This document shows, piece by piece, positions 55,600-64,000 of a stretch of DNA of 64,000 nucleotides. A program made the translations under genes and the position numbers. The stretch's first letter is position 1. Every line of letters begins with the position of its first letter. The stretch lies in IMG/VR virus record IMGVR_UViG_3300021963_000049, positions 32,001 through 96,000 of that record. One strand, 5' to 3'. This DNA is from a virus. The notes under the pieces are model-generated. The model had not been told where the DNA came from. It ran no database searches and saw nothing but the letters and a program-made list of their open reading frames with translations.

Positions 55600-57219
55600 A
55601 TGGCAACTCCAGTTTTAAACAATGGTATCTTTCTACGGGATACAGCCTATGCGGCAACTTCACACGTAGATTCTTACCACTTGGTTAACATGTTGAAGGA
55701 TGCAGAACCAATGGACTTAGGTCCAGTAGACCTTTGGGCAATGGCTCAGAAGGTGGAAATGCCTCTTTACCAAATGTCTAGCTTTGGTGGTAAAAATGTA
55801 ATTATGGTTGACAATGCTCGCGGTGAGTATAAGTGGCAGACTCCAGTATCTGTGGATCTTCCTTATATCATTGAGGATATTGAACCAGATAATAGCTTCA
55901 AAGGTGTAGATGGTACTACTTTCCGCATCAAACTTAGCAGAAGAGAATTTGGACATGGGGATATTATTACCTATGACAAATACAATGGGGCTGAGATGTA
56001 CATTGTACCAACTGAAGATATTTTACCAGTTAATGATGGATTTATCTATACTGTTCAGTTAGTAGACAATGACAACAACCGTTTCTTAGATAACAAGTAT
56101 TTATCAAATGGAACTAAGGTATTTAGAAAAGGTTCTGCTAGAGGTGAGTATGGTGAGAGATTCTCTGACATCCAAACAAGAACTGGTTTCCGTGAATTCT
56201 ACAACTTTGTAGGTGGAGCTGAAGCACATGTTCATTACTCTATTTCTTCTAGAGCTGATTTGATGATCAAAGGTGGTATGAATGCAGATGGTACAGTTCC
56301 TGTAACTGAGATCTGGAGAAACTTTGGTGCAACTAATGATCCTTCTATCACTTCATTAGAAGACATGGTTAAGGTAATGGGTAAAGACAAAGTAAAGAAA
56401 GCATTTGATAATGGAGACTTATCAAGAACTTTCTTGACTACTATGGAAGCTGCTCACTTAACTAAAATTGCTACTGATATTGAGACTTACTTAATGTGGG
56501 GACAAGGAGGTAGAGTTAAGCAAGATGGTCCAGATGATCTAAGATTATCAGTAGGTCTTTGGAAGCAGTTGGATAACTCTTTCAAAAGAGTATACAACAA
56601 GAATAACTTTACACTTGATTTGTTCCGTGGAGAAATCTACAACTTCTTCAATGGTAAGGTTGAGTTCCAAGGTCCAGATCCAAAGAGATCTTTGATTGTA
56701 CAAACTGGTATGGGTGGAATGAGAATGGTAAATGAAGCAATTAGGAGAGAAGCAGTATCTTCTGGTCTTTTGATTCAAGCTGCAGATATCGGTGCTATCA
56801 CTGGTAAAGGTATGGACTTGAACTTTGGATTTGCTTATACTTCATATGTAATTCCATTCTTGGCAAATGTTAAGTTTGTTCTTAACCCAGCATTTGACAA
56901 TGTTCATACTAATGATATTGAGAACCCAATCATAGATGGTTTCCCATTATCTTCTTACTCATTCATTATCTTTGATATCACAGATAATACTAATGATAAC
57001 ATCTTCTTATTAAAGTTATCTTGGGATAACCAACTTAAGTGGTGGTATCAGAATGGTACAATGGACTATATGGGCCGTACTCAAGGGTTCCAGTCTTCTG
57101 GCCAATTCAATGGTTACCGTGTTATGATGTCTCAAACAATGCCAGCTATCTGGGTTAAGGATCCAACTAAAGTCCTTAAGATTGTTATGAGAAACCCAAT
57201 CACTGGTGGATCATTCTAA
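55600..57219 (+). CDS. Major capsid protein (crAss-like)
   Basis: 539 aa in portal-scaffold-capsid order; highly biased codons (TTC/TAC/AAC/CGT); followed by a terminator. Confidence 0.88.
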   Translation: MATPVLNNGIFLRDTAYAATSHVDSYHLVNMLKDAEPMDLGPVDLWAMAQKVEMPLYQMSSFGGKNVIMVDNARGEYKWQTPVSVDLPYIIEDIEPDNSFKGVDGTTFRIKLSRREFGHGDIITYDKYNGAEMYIVPTEDILPVNDGFIYTVQLVDNDNNRFLDNKYLSNGTKVFRKGSARGEYGERFSDIQTRTGFREFYNFVGGAEAHVHYSISSRADLMIKGGMNADGTVPVTEIWRNFGATNDPSITSLEDMVKVMGKDKVKKAFDNGDLSRTFLTTMEAAHLTKIATDIETYLMWGQGGRVKQDGPDDLRLSVGLWKQLDNSFKRVYNKNNFTLDLFRGEIYNFFNGKVEFQGPDPKRSLIVQTGMGGMRMVNEAIRREAVSSGLLIQAADIGAITGKGMDLNFGFAYTSYVIPFLANVKFVLNPAFDNVHTNDIENPIIDGFPLSSYSFIIFDITDNTNDNIFLLKLSWDNQLKWWYQNGTMDYMGRTQGFQSSGQFNGYRVMMSQTMPAIWVKDPTKVLKIVMRNPITGGSF

Positions 57220-57231
57220 TATATAAAAAAT

Positions 57232-57265
57232 GGGAGAGGGGCAGCAGTGTCCTTCTCTCTTTTTA
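57232..57265 (+). terminator. Intrinsic terminator
   Basis: GGGAGAGGGGCA/TGTCCTTCTCTC plus T-tract. Confidence 0.75.
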
Positions 57266-57298
57266 TTTTAACCAACAAATATAAAAACCAACAAAAAA

Positions 57299-58321
57299 AT
57301 GGAAAGTACAAGTTTTACAATGGTAGAAACAGGTAAGGGTTCAGTGAAGAAAACTTCAATTGCAATCCGCCCGTTCTTTGACAGCACAAGTTCTAACATG
57401 GGGTTAGAAGAATATGGAATGACTTTATTTGATGGAGTTACTCATACAGAACAATTAGCTTGTTTAGAAAATAATGGAGTAGTAAGATACTTAACTGGAC
57501 TAAATGAATTTGCTCCAGAAATTAGACTTATGGATCCAGAAACTAAAGAAGCAAAAGTTAGACAAATAAGAGAAGCAGTAGCAGAACTAGAAAAAGAATT
57601 AGCTGCTAATGTTATTGAAGTAGAAGACACACAATTTTGGAATAAGGTAAAACTTCTAAAACCAGACAATGCAGATTTTTGGAATAAGATCTTTTTATCA
57701 TGTGGAAATGAGCCAGTATACCTAAGCACATTAGATCCATATGATAGAATTAAACTTTATGCTATAGAAGCCGGAGGGTTTTCTATTGTAGCTAAAAGCT
57801 ATGATGATGCTAGATCAAAATCAGTTCCGCCTAAGTTTTACTTAGATAAAGAAGAAGAAACTGTAATGATCAGAACTGAATACAAGAAGATGCGGAACAA
57901 AGCACTTTCTGAACTTCAGAAATTATTTGACAAAAATAGTACTAAGCTATTCTACATTGCAAAAGTTGTAGATATTAATAGTACACAATATAGAAAGTCT
58001 ACACCAAATGATCTAATATATGAGAATATGGACATGTATATTAATGGTGAAGGTGGAGAAAGCAACAAAGAAAGAGCTGCCAAATCTTTTATGGAAGCAG
58101 CAAATACAGATATGGAAACACTAAAAATTAAATCAATTGTTAGAGATTCCGTATTTTTTAAGTATATTATTAATAAGGCAGATGGATATATATACCATTC
58201 CAAGTCTAATGCATTACTTGGAAGAAATGTATCTGATGTTGTAGAGTATTTAAAGAATCCTTTAAATGAGGATATTTTAAAAGATCTTAACATAGCCTGT
58301 GAGAAGTATTGGAATTCTTAA
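57299..58321 (+). CDS. Conserved crAss-like protein downstream of the capsid gene
   Basis: 340 aa; YLTGLNEFAPE...VVEYLKNPLNE. Confidence 0.75.
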   Translation: MESTSFTMVETGKGSVKKTSIAIRPFFDSTSSNMGLEEYGMTLFDGVTHTEQLACLENNGVVRYLTGLNEFAPEIRLMDPETKEAKVRQIREAVAELEKELAANVIEVEDTQFWNKVKLLKPDNADFWNKIFLSCGNEPVYLSTLDPYDRIKLYAIEAGGFSIVAKSYDDARSKSVPPKFYLDKEEETVMIRTEYKKMRNKALSELQKLFDKNSTKLFYIAKVVDINSTQYRKSTPNDLIYENMDMYINGEGGESNKERAAKSFMEAANTDMETLKIKSIVRDSVFFKYIINKADGYIYHSKSNALLGRNVSDVVEYLKNPLNEDILKDLNIACEKYWNS

Positions 58322-58336
58322 CTTAAAAAAATAAAA

Positions 58337-58771
58337 ATGAAAAAGTATGCTGCGGGCGGTAAAACAGATCCTGCCAAGAAAAAAGCAAGATTAGAAAAAA
58401 GAGCTAATAAAGTAATGGGAAGAGCCCAAAGAACTTATGCTGAGTCATTAGGTGCAATTGAAGATGCAAAAAAGTCTGGTACAAAGGCTGATTATGCTGG
58501 AGCTGAACAGTTGCAAAATAGATCGCTAAGACAAGAAGCAAAAGCTAAAAGACTTAAAGCTAAAGCAACTAGTATGAAAACTGGTGGTATGGTTAATTCT
58601 AATGCTAAAGTTTCTGCGCTTAAATCTGCTGGCTCTAAAGGAGTTAAGTCAGGTGTTAATCCAAAAGCTTCTGCATCTAAAGTTGCTAAAGGTAGATCAG
58701 GGGGAACTTCTAAAGCTCCTAAAACTGCTACACCTAAAGCTATGTATGGAATGTCAATGAGAAGAAAATAA
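58337..58771 (+). CDS. Small basic protein with xxGG motifs
   Basis: YAAGG, MKTGG; K/A-rich. Confidence 0.75.
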   Translation: MKKYAAGGKTDPAKKKARLEKRANKVMGRAQRTYAESLGAIEDAKKSGTKADYAGAEQLQNRSLRQEAKAKRLKAKATSMKTGGMVNSNAKVSALKSAGSKGVKSGVNPKASASKVAKGRSGGTSKAPKTATPKAMYGMSMRRK

Positions 58772-59109
58772 TGCCAAAAGATTCTTGTTATCATAGTGTC
58801 AAATCCAGATATGCAGTCTTTCCTTCAGCAAGGGCTTCTCAAGCTATTGCCAAATGTAGAAAAAAATCTGGCAAGGTAAGAAAGACTGAGAAAGGTACAG
58901 AGCTTAAAAGATGGCAAGCAGAAAAGTGGCAAGATACTAAATCAGGGAAACCTTGTGGGGCCGGTGGAAAGAATGAATACTGCCGCCCCACTAAAAGGGT
59001 TTCTAGTAAAACACCAAAAACCAAAAGTGAAATTACTCCTTCTAAACTTAGAGCTAAAAAGGCTGAAAAGTCTAGAGTAGGTATGGGAAGAAGAGTTAAA
59101 AAAGTATAA
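58771..59109 (+). CDS. Basic protein (DUF5872-like)
   Basis: FPSARAS..IAKCR, LKRW..EKW, YCRPTKRVSSKTPKT. Confidence 0.7.
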   Translation: MPKDSCYHSVKSRYAVFPSARASQAIAKCRKKSGKVRKTEKGTELKRWQAEKWQDTKSGKPCGAGGKNEYCRPTKRVSSKTPKTKSEITPSKLRAKKAEKSRVGMGRRVKKV

Positions 59110-59124
59110 TTAAAATTTATTATC

Positions 59125-59511
59125 ATGAAGAAGGTTGCAAAAGTTGCTAAAAAATCTTTAAAAAAAGCACAAGATGGTACTGTGCAAGGACCATTTACAG
59201 AAAAAACAGCAAAGTACTTAGATGAAAAATATCCTGGAACATCAATGAAATATCCTGGACCATATAATGCAGAAACCATAAAGGATATGAAAGATAGAGT
59301 TGCTCAAACATATGGTGCAACATCATGGGGTAGACCATCTGATCTTGAAAAAAGTTTAAGAAAAGATGAAGAAAAATACATAAGAAGTAATTCAGAAACA
59401 ATGGCTGATGATTATAGTATGTACCAAAAAGGTGGTAAAGTATTAAATGGAAAGTCATTTAGAAGAGGGTCTTTTACAAGTGGTTTAAGAACAAGCAGAA
59501 AACATAAATAG
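59125..59511 (+). CDS. Basic protein with AQDG/YQKGG motifs
   Basis: 128 aa. Confidence 0.7.
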   Translation: MKKVAKVAKKSLKKAQDGTVQGPFTEKTAKYLDEKYPGTSMKYPGPYNAETIKDMKDRVAQTYGATSWGRPSDLEKSLRKDEEKYIRSNSETMADDYSMYQKGGKVLNGKSFRRGSFTSGLRTSRKHK

Positions 59512-59513
59512 TT

Positions 59514-59771
59514 ATGGCAATTAAAAAAACAACAACTGCAAAAAAATCAACTCCTGCTAAGAAATCAAGTTCTAAATCTTCTTCAGTAGGTATCTCTATT
59601 ATGGGCGGTAACAAAGCTGAGATGAGAAAGTGGGAAGTTGAATCTGCTATGTCTACATTAAAAAGAGCAGCAGAGATTCAGAAAGATGCTAAGCTTATGT
59701 CAGATGTAAAGAAAATGGCACAAGAGCAAGTAAGAATGTTTAGTAATCTTGCTAATGGCAAAATGAAATAA
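59514..59771 (+). CDS. Small basic protein
   Basis: KWEVESAMSTLKRAAEI.KD..LM family; 85 aa. Confidence 0.75.
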   Translation: MAIKKTTTAKKSTPAKKSSSKSSSVGISIMGGNKAEMRKWEVESAMSTLKRAAEIQKDAKLMSDVKKMAQEQVRMFSNLANGKMK

Positions 59772-59773
59772 TC

Positions 59774-60250
59774 ATGGTAAAGTCACCGGCTTGGCAAAAA
59801 TGTATTGAATGTAACCGTGAGGGTGACAAAAATTTATTTGCTAAAGGTGGAAATGGTAGATGCAACAGATGTAGTAAAATAGAATGGGAAAAGAATAATC
59901 CTGATAAAGTAAGAGCTCAAAGACTAAGAGGAAATGCAGGTAAGAGAGCAAAAACAATGGTATGGCCTGAACCAGATTTTGATACAAGTTGGATATATGA
60001 TAAAATTAAAAATGGATATTGTGAAGTAACAGGAATTAAATTTGATTTAGAAACAGAAGTTAGATCATCTGCTCATGCAAAAAATCCTTGGGTACCTTCA
60101 ATAGATAGAATAGATAGTTCTAAGCCTTATTTAAAAGACAATGTTCAAATAGTAGTTTTTATGTACAATGTTTGCAAGTCAGAATTTACACATGATGATG
60201 TGATTAAGTTTTGTAATGCAATTAAAATAAAAGAAGATGGCAACTCATAA
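59774..60250 (+). mobile_element. Free-standing HNH-like homing endonuclease gene
   Basis: CIEC...CNRC zinc finger; YCEVTG, PSIDRIDSSKPYLKDNV...YNVCK catalytic region. Confidence 0.8.
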
Positions 60251-60524
60251 AAGTCCAAGCTGGCAAAGAAAAGAAGGGAAGAATCCAGAAGGAGGGCTTA
60301 ATGCTAAAGGTGTTGCTAGTTATAGAAGAGCTAATCCAGGAAGTAAACTTAAGACAGCTGTAACTACTAAACCATCAAAACTTGATCCGGATAGTAAAGC
60401 TGCAAAAAGAAGAAAAAGCTTTTGTGCTAGGATGTCAGGTCACAAAAAAAAGAATACATCTGCTAAAACAGCAAATGATCCAAATAGTAGAATAAATAAA
60501 GCATTACGCAAATGGAATTGCTAA
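60237..60524 (+). CDS. Basic protein (DUF6321-like, RRKSFCARM)
   Basis: WQRKEGKNPEGGLNAKG...KSFCARMSG...LRKWNC. Confidence 0.8.
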   Translation: MATHKSPSWQRKEGKNPEGGLNAKGVASYRRANPGSKLKTAVTTKPSKLDPDSKAAKRRKSFCARMSGHKKKNTSAKTANDPNSRINKALRKWNC

Positions 60525-60931
60525 ATAAAACATGTACAAAATGTAAAGTAGATAAACCATTATCTGCTGAATATTTTCCATTGCATAATAAAACTAAATC
60601 TGGGTTTGATAGTTGGTGTAGAAACTGTAGATCAACATACAGAAGTGAAACTAGAAGAGGTAACTACAGAGATATGATATCTGATAAACTTTTAAAGGAT
60701 ATTGTTGAATCTGTTACAGAGTGTGTAATATGTGGTTCTGAAGAAAAATTAGTTGTAGATCATTGTCATACTACTAATCAAATAAGAGGAATGCTTTGCA
60801 ATCATTGTAATAGAGGTTTAGGTCATTTTAGAGATAATCCTGAATTATTAGAATTTGCAAGGATTTATTTATTATCTTATACTAAAGATACTTCTGAAGC
60901 TGAAGAATATTTAGAAAAGTGGAATTGTTAA
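60512..60931 (+). mobile_element. Endonuclease VII-type homing endonuclease gene
   Basis: CTKC...WCRNC; CVICG...LVVDHCH...RGMLCNHCNRGLG. Confidence 0.85.
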
Positions 60932-60941
60932 TTTATATATC

Positions 60942-61481
60942 ATGAAAAAGATGGCCTGTGCTCAATGTGGCGGAGCAAAAATGAAGAAAGGTGGTACATC
61001 ACCTAATAAGAAAATGCAAAAAGGAGGTTCTATAGGTATTGTAGGCATGCCTAAGTATGGTAACAATCCTATGACTGATGAAGGTAGAATGCTTCAAAAA
61101 GGTGGCTCTTTTGCTCCTAACCGTGCAGTACAGTCTTCTTGTAAGAATGGTAGGGTTAGAGATGAGAAAGGAAGATGTGTTATGGCTAGAAAAATGGCCA
61201 AAGGAGGATCTTCAGATTTTGGTATGTTATCAGTAAAAGCTGGAGTAGACAAAAATCCTAATCCAACACAGGCAGATAGAATAGCCGGTGCTAAAATGCA
61301 AAAAGGTGGTAACTGGATTCAAGGTGCAATTAAAAAACCTGGAGCTTTAAAAGCATCTCTTGGAGTTAAGAAAGGTGAAAAAATACCTAAAGGTAAACTT
61401 GCTGCTGCTGCAAAGAAAGGTGGTAAACTTGGACAAAGAGCTAGACTTGCTATGACTCTTGGTAAAATGAGAAAAAAGTAA
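60942..61481 (+). CDS. Basic protein with multiple MxKGG motifs
   Basis: MKKGG, MQKGG (twice), LQKGG, MAKGG; C-terminal NWIQGAIKKPGAL...RARLAMTL domain. Confidence 0.8.
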   Translation: MKKMACAQCGGAKMKKGGTSPNKKMQKGGSIGIVGMPKYGNNPMTDEGRMLQKGGSFAPNRAVQSSCKNGRVRDEKGRCVMARKMAKGGSSDFGMLSVKAGVDKNPNPTQADRIAGAKMQKGGNWIQGAIKKPGALKASLGVKKGEKIPKGKLAAAAKKGGKLGQRARLAMTLGKMRKK

Positions 61482-61487
61482 TAAGAC

Positions 61488-62186
61488 ATGACTAATAGTG
61501 CAATTACAATAAAGATGAAACAAAGGCTGAACAAATTGGACAGCCAAGACTTTGACAACATTGAATGTTGGCAAGTTGTTGAGTCTTTTAATAAAGCTCA
61601 AGTAGAGTGGTCAAGAAGGCAATTGCATGGTATTAATGTTGTCAAGGAAGGTGATGAGCAATCTACCAGAAGAAAAGATGACATGCAAGTTTTATTAACT
61701 ACCGGAGATTTACCAGTAGCTCCAAAAGATGTTTACTACTTTGGAGATATACCAGCAGATTATTTACAATGGAAAAGAGTAGATGTTTTTGCAAACAAAG
61801 AATGCTGTGATAAGAGAAGAATGACAGTATACTTAGCTGAAGAAGGTAATGTTAATTTATTACTTAGAGATAAAGCTAAGCAACCTAATTTTGAATGGGC
61901 AGAAACATTTGCAACTCTAATAAATAATAGAGTTCATATCTATACTAATAATGAGTTTGCAATACAAAGTGCAGACTTAATATACTATAGACAACCTAGA
62001 AAAATACAAATTCTTGGTTGTGTTGATCCATATACAGGAGTTCAATCTACTGCAGAAGTACAAAGTGAATTCAAAGATGATATAATAGAATTAATAATTG
62101 ATGAGGCTGTAGCAATACTAGCAGGAGATATTGAGTCAACAAACCAATATGCTAGAAACTCAGAAACAGCTGAAAGAAATAACTAA
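61488..62186 (+). CDS. Putative head-tail adaptor/ring protein (crAss-like)
   Basis: LNKLDSQ, FNKAQ, YYRQP and IIDEAV.ILAGDIES pattern in the structural block. Confidence 0.65.
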   Translation: MTNSAITIKMKQRLNKLDSQDFDNIECWQVVESFNKAQVEWSRRQLHGINVVKEGDEQSTRRKDDMQVLLTTGDLPVAPKDVYYFGDIPADYLQWKRVDVFANKECCDKRRMTVYLAEEGNVNLLLRDKAKQPNFEWAETFATLINNRVHIYTNNEFAIQSADLIYYRQPRKIQILGCVDPYTGVQSTAEVQSEFKDDIIELIIDEAVAILAGDIESTNQYARNSETAERNN

Positions 62187-62191
62187 AAATA

Positions 62192-62680
62192 ATGGAATCA
62201 AAACCTAGAATGTTAAAAAGACCTGAAGCAGTTGTAACACAACCTAAGTCTGAACCATCAAAAGCTCAACCTACTCCTGACACAGGTGTTGGAGGAAGCT
62301 CATTAGATACTATGACTGCAGCTTGTGTATCTGAACTTATGAATGCAAGAACAAGTTTTCATAAGCTTCATTTAAAAGTAAAAGGAGATGGATCATATGC
62401 AGCACATAAAGCTCTTAATGAATTATATGATGCATTACCAGATCATGCAGATTCTCTTATAGAGGGTTATCAAGGTGCAGCAGAAAAGTTACTTTCTTAT
62501 ACTGAAGTAGCACCAAGAACTCTTGATACAGTATCTGATGCAGTAAGTTACTTAAGAGATTTAACTGCTATGGTAACTAAATTACAAGGTAAGATGCCTT
62601 ACTCAGAAATAGTAAATTCACTTGATACAGTTAAAGATACATTTAACTCTGCTAAGTATAAATTACTTTTCTTAAAATAA
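62192..62680 (+). CDS. Ferritin/Dps-like protein (DUF5856-like)
   Basis: HKLHL...YAAHKALNELYD...DSLIEGYQG...YKLLFL four-helix pattern. Confidence 0.75.
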   Translation: MESKPRMLKRPEAVVTQPKSEPSKAQPTPDTGVGGSSLDTMTAACVSELMNARTSFHKLHLKVKGDGSYAAHKALNELYDALPDHADSLIEGYQGAAEKLLSYTEVAPRTLDTVSDAVSYLRDLTAMVTKLQGKMPYSEIVNSLDTVKDTFNSAKYKLLFLK

Positions 62681-62743
62681 TTTGGAAGATTAAAAATCTT
62701 TGATTATATTATATATATGTTTATAAATTAAAAAATAAAAAAA

Positions 62744-64000
62744 ATGGCTTATTTTAATCATGCGTTTAGAAAAACCTTTTTAGGTACAGGAGCAGATGTA
62801 TCTGGCTTCACTGTATCTGTATTAGGTGGAACTACTGTATCAGTTAATACTGATGGTGGTTTTGTAACTTCAGATGGTATGCCTACTTATGGTTTGAATC
62901 AACTTTCACAAGATGCTGAAAGTTTCTTTGGTTCTTATGAAAGTGGGTATTTTGGATTCTTTGATCCAAAAACTAATTTATCAATAGGTGAACCTAGAAA
63001 CTGTTGTCCTTTATATCTTGCTGGTTCAGCAATTTATTCAAGTGATAAAATTGGACCTTTCCATGGTGGTTATCAAGAGACTAACAAGTCTAAAATAATT
63101 AACCCTCGCTATGTGTCTAGATTCTATTCAGTTGATCCATGTGAACCACAGAATGAAGTATTACATGTTGGTTCTACATACTATACATTAGGTGCTGGTG
63201 CAGTAGTTGCGGTAGGTGGTGTATTAACTGGAAGTATTACAACTCCAGGTGCAGGATATACTGATACAGCTACTGCAGTTGTAGCTACAACTTCAACTGT
63301 TTCAGGAACTGGAACTGGACTTACATTGTTTATCACTGTAGCTGCTGGAGTACCAACAGTAACAGGTATAGCAAGTCTTGGTAAAGGTTATGCAGTTGGA
63401 GATACTGTAACAATTACTGATTGGGATGGTGCTACACCAGGAACATTAGCAGTATTTGAAATAGATACAATTGCATCAACAGGTGTTGATCCTATTACAG
63501 GTTCAGGTGGTGCAGCATGTTGTAAAGAGTTTTTATGTGGTGAGACATATACTTTGCGTTTAGATATCAAAGGTTCTCCAGCATTAAGATACTTAAACCA
63601 CAATGCTTACTACATTGCATCTGCATACACAGGATGTTGTCCTGATGGAGCAATTGCACCTACTCCAGTAGATTCAACTGATGTATTTATTCAGTGGGCA
63701 AATGCTATCTTAAATTCACCAATTGTTAATCCATTTGTACAAATTATAGTACAAGATCAAACAGGTGTTCTTTGGTATGCTCCAGGAACTTCTGCTGCAT
63801 TCCTTGCTTCAGTAGGTGGTGATACTTGGAATAACTATGTATCTCCAGGATATATTACTGGTGCATGTGCAGGTATGATCTTAAATGGTGCTTATGTAGA
63901 TACTAAATTTGGTGATTGTACATTCCAAATCTCTGACTTCTATGAGAAAGAGCCAGTTAAACTTTATGTTTCTGAGTTAGATTTCAATGGAGATCCTTGT
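62744..64000 (+). CDS. Structural protein (MAYFNHAF...), 3' truncated
   Basis: Not in the track because it has no stop in the window; ATG after an A-rich leader; G/T/C-rich; reads open to the window end. Confidence 0.8.
   Translation, partial: MAYFNHAFRKTFLGTGADVSGFTVSVLGGTTVSVNTDGGFVTSDGMPTYGLNQLSQDAESFFGSYESGYFGFFDPKTNLSIGEPRNCCPLYLAGSAIYSSDKIGPFHGGYQETNKSKIINPRYVSRFYSVDPCEPQNEVLHVGSTYYTLGAGAVVAVGGVLTGSITTPGAGYTDTATAVVATTSTVSGTGTGLTLFITVAAGVPTVTGIASLGKGYAVGDTVTITDWDGATPGTLAVFEIDTIASTGVDPITGSGGAACCKEFLCGETYTLRLDIKGSPALRYLNHNAYYIASAYTGCCPDGAIAPTPVDSTDVFIQWANAILNSPIVNPFVQIIVQDQTGVLWYAPGTSAAFLASVGGDTWNNYVSPGYITGACAGMILNGAYVDTKFGDCTFQISDFYEKEPVKLYVSELDFNGDPC

Noticed and set aside
49254-57219. 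Introns or inteins in terminase, portal or capsid genes
   Set aside because: ORFs are continuous, of expected size, with no intein or LAGLIDADG motifs seen; the same holds for the polymerase and helicase.
99-63603. Numerous short antisense ORFs in the track overlapping long genes
   Set aside because: They are shadows of the real genes on the opposite strand, with no leaders or recognisable motifs.
1-64000. Stop-codon reassignment as in some crAss-like phages
   Set aside because: Large genes are intact under the standard code, TAG and TGA end genes at coupled junctions, and no suppressor tRNA is seen.

Overview
This window is a 64-kb segment of an AT-rich, crAss-like (Crassvirales-type) tailed phage genome read with the standard genetic code. 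TAnnTTTG promoter elements and a Bacteroidota-type ClpS point to a Bacteroidota host. (i) 1-2838 (+): the 3' end of a giant virion/cargo-type protein with an inserted LysM domain, plus a small basic gene. (ii) 2872-36279 (-): replication/recombination and early genes (family B DNA polymerase, PD-(D/E)XK nuclease, MoxR AAA + vWA-metallopeptidase pair, primase, Sak4-like ATPase, DnaB, UDG, ClpS, SF2 helicase, spore photoproduct lyase-like radical SAM enzyme, tRNA-Arg(UCU)). This block ends in a structured non-coding cluster, an iteron-like region and single-gene cassettes sharing a 13-nt motif. (iii) ~36350-36460: a GC-rich strand-switch point. (iv) 36577-64000 (+): GroES-like, tail/fibre, lysis, terminase, portal, scaffold, major capsid and small basic proteins, two homing endonucleases, a ferritin-like protein and a truncated structural gene. 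The best candidates for undescribed biology are an RNA regulatory layer (promoter-sRNA-terminator units, one complementary to an early gene's start codon, and covarying hairpin motifs), gene insertions flanked by duplicated or recoded gene termini, and strong CpG depletion that spares CCGG. All calls are by eye; no database searches were run.
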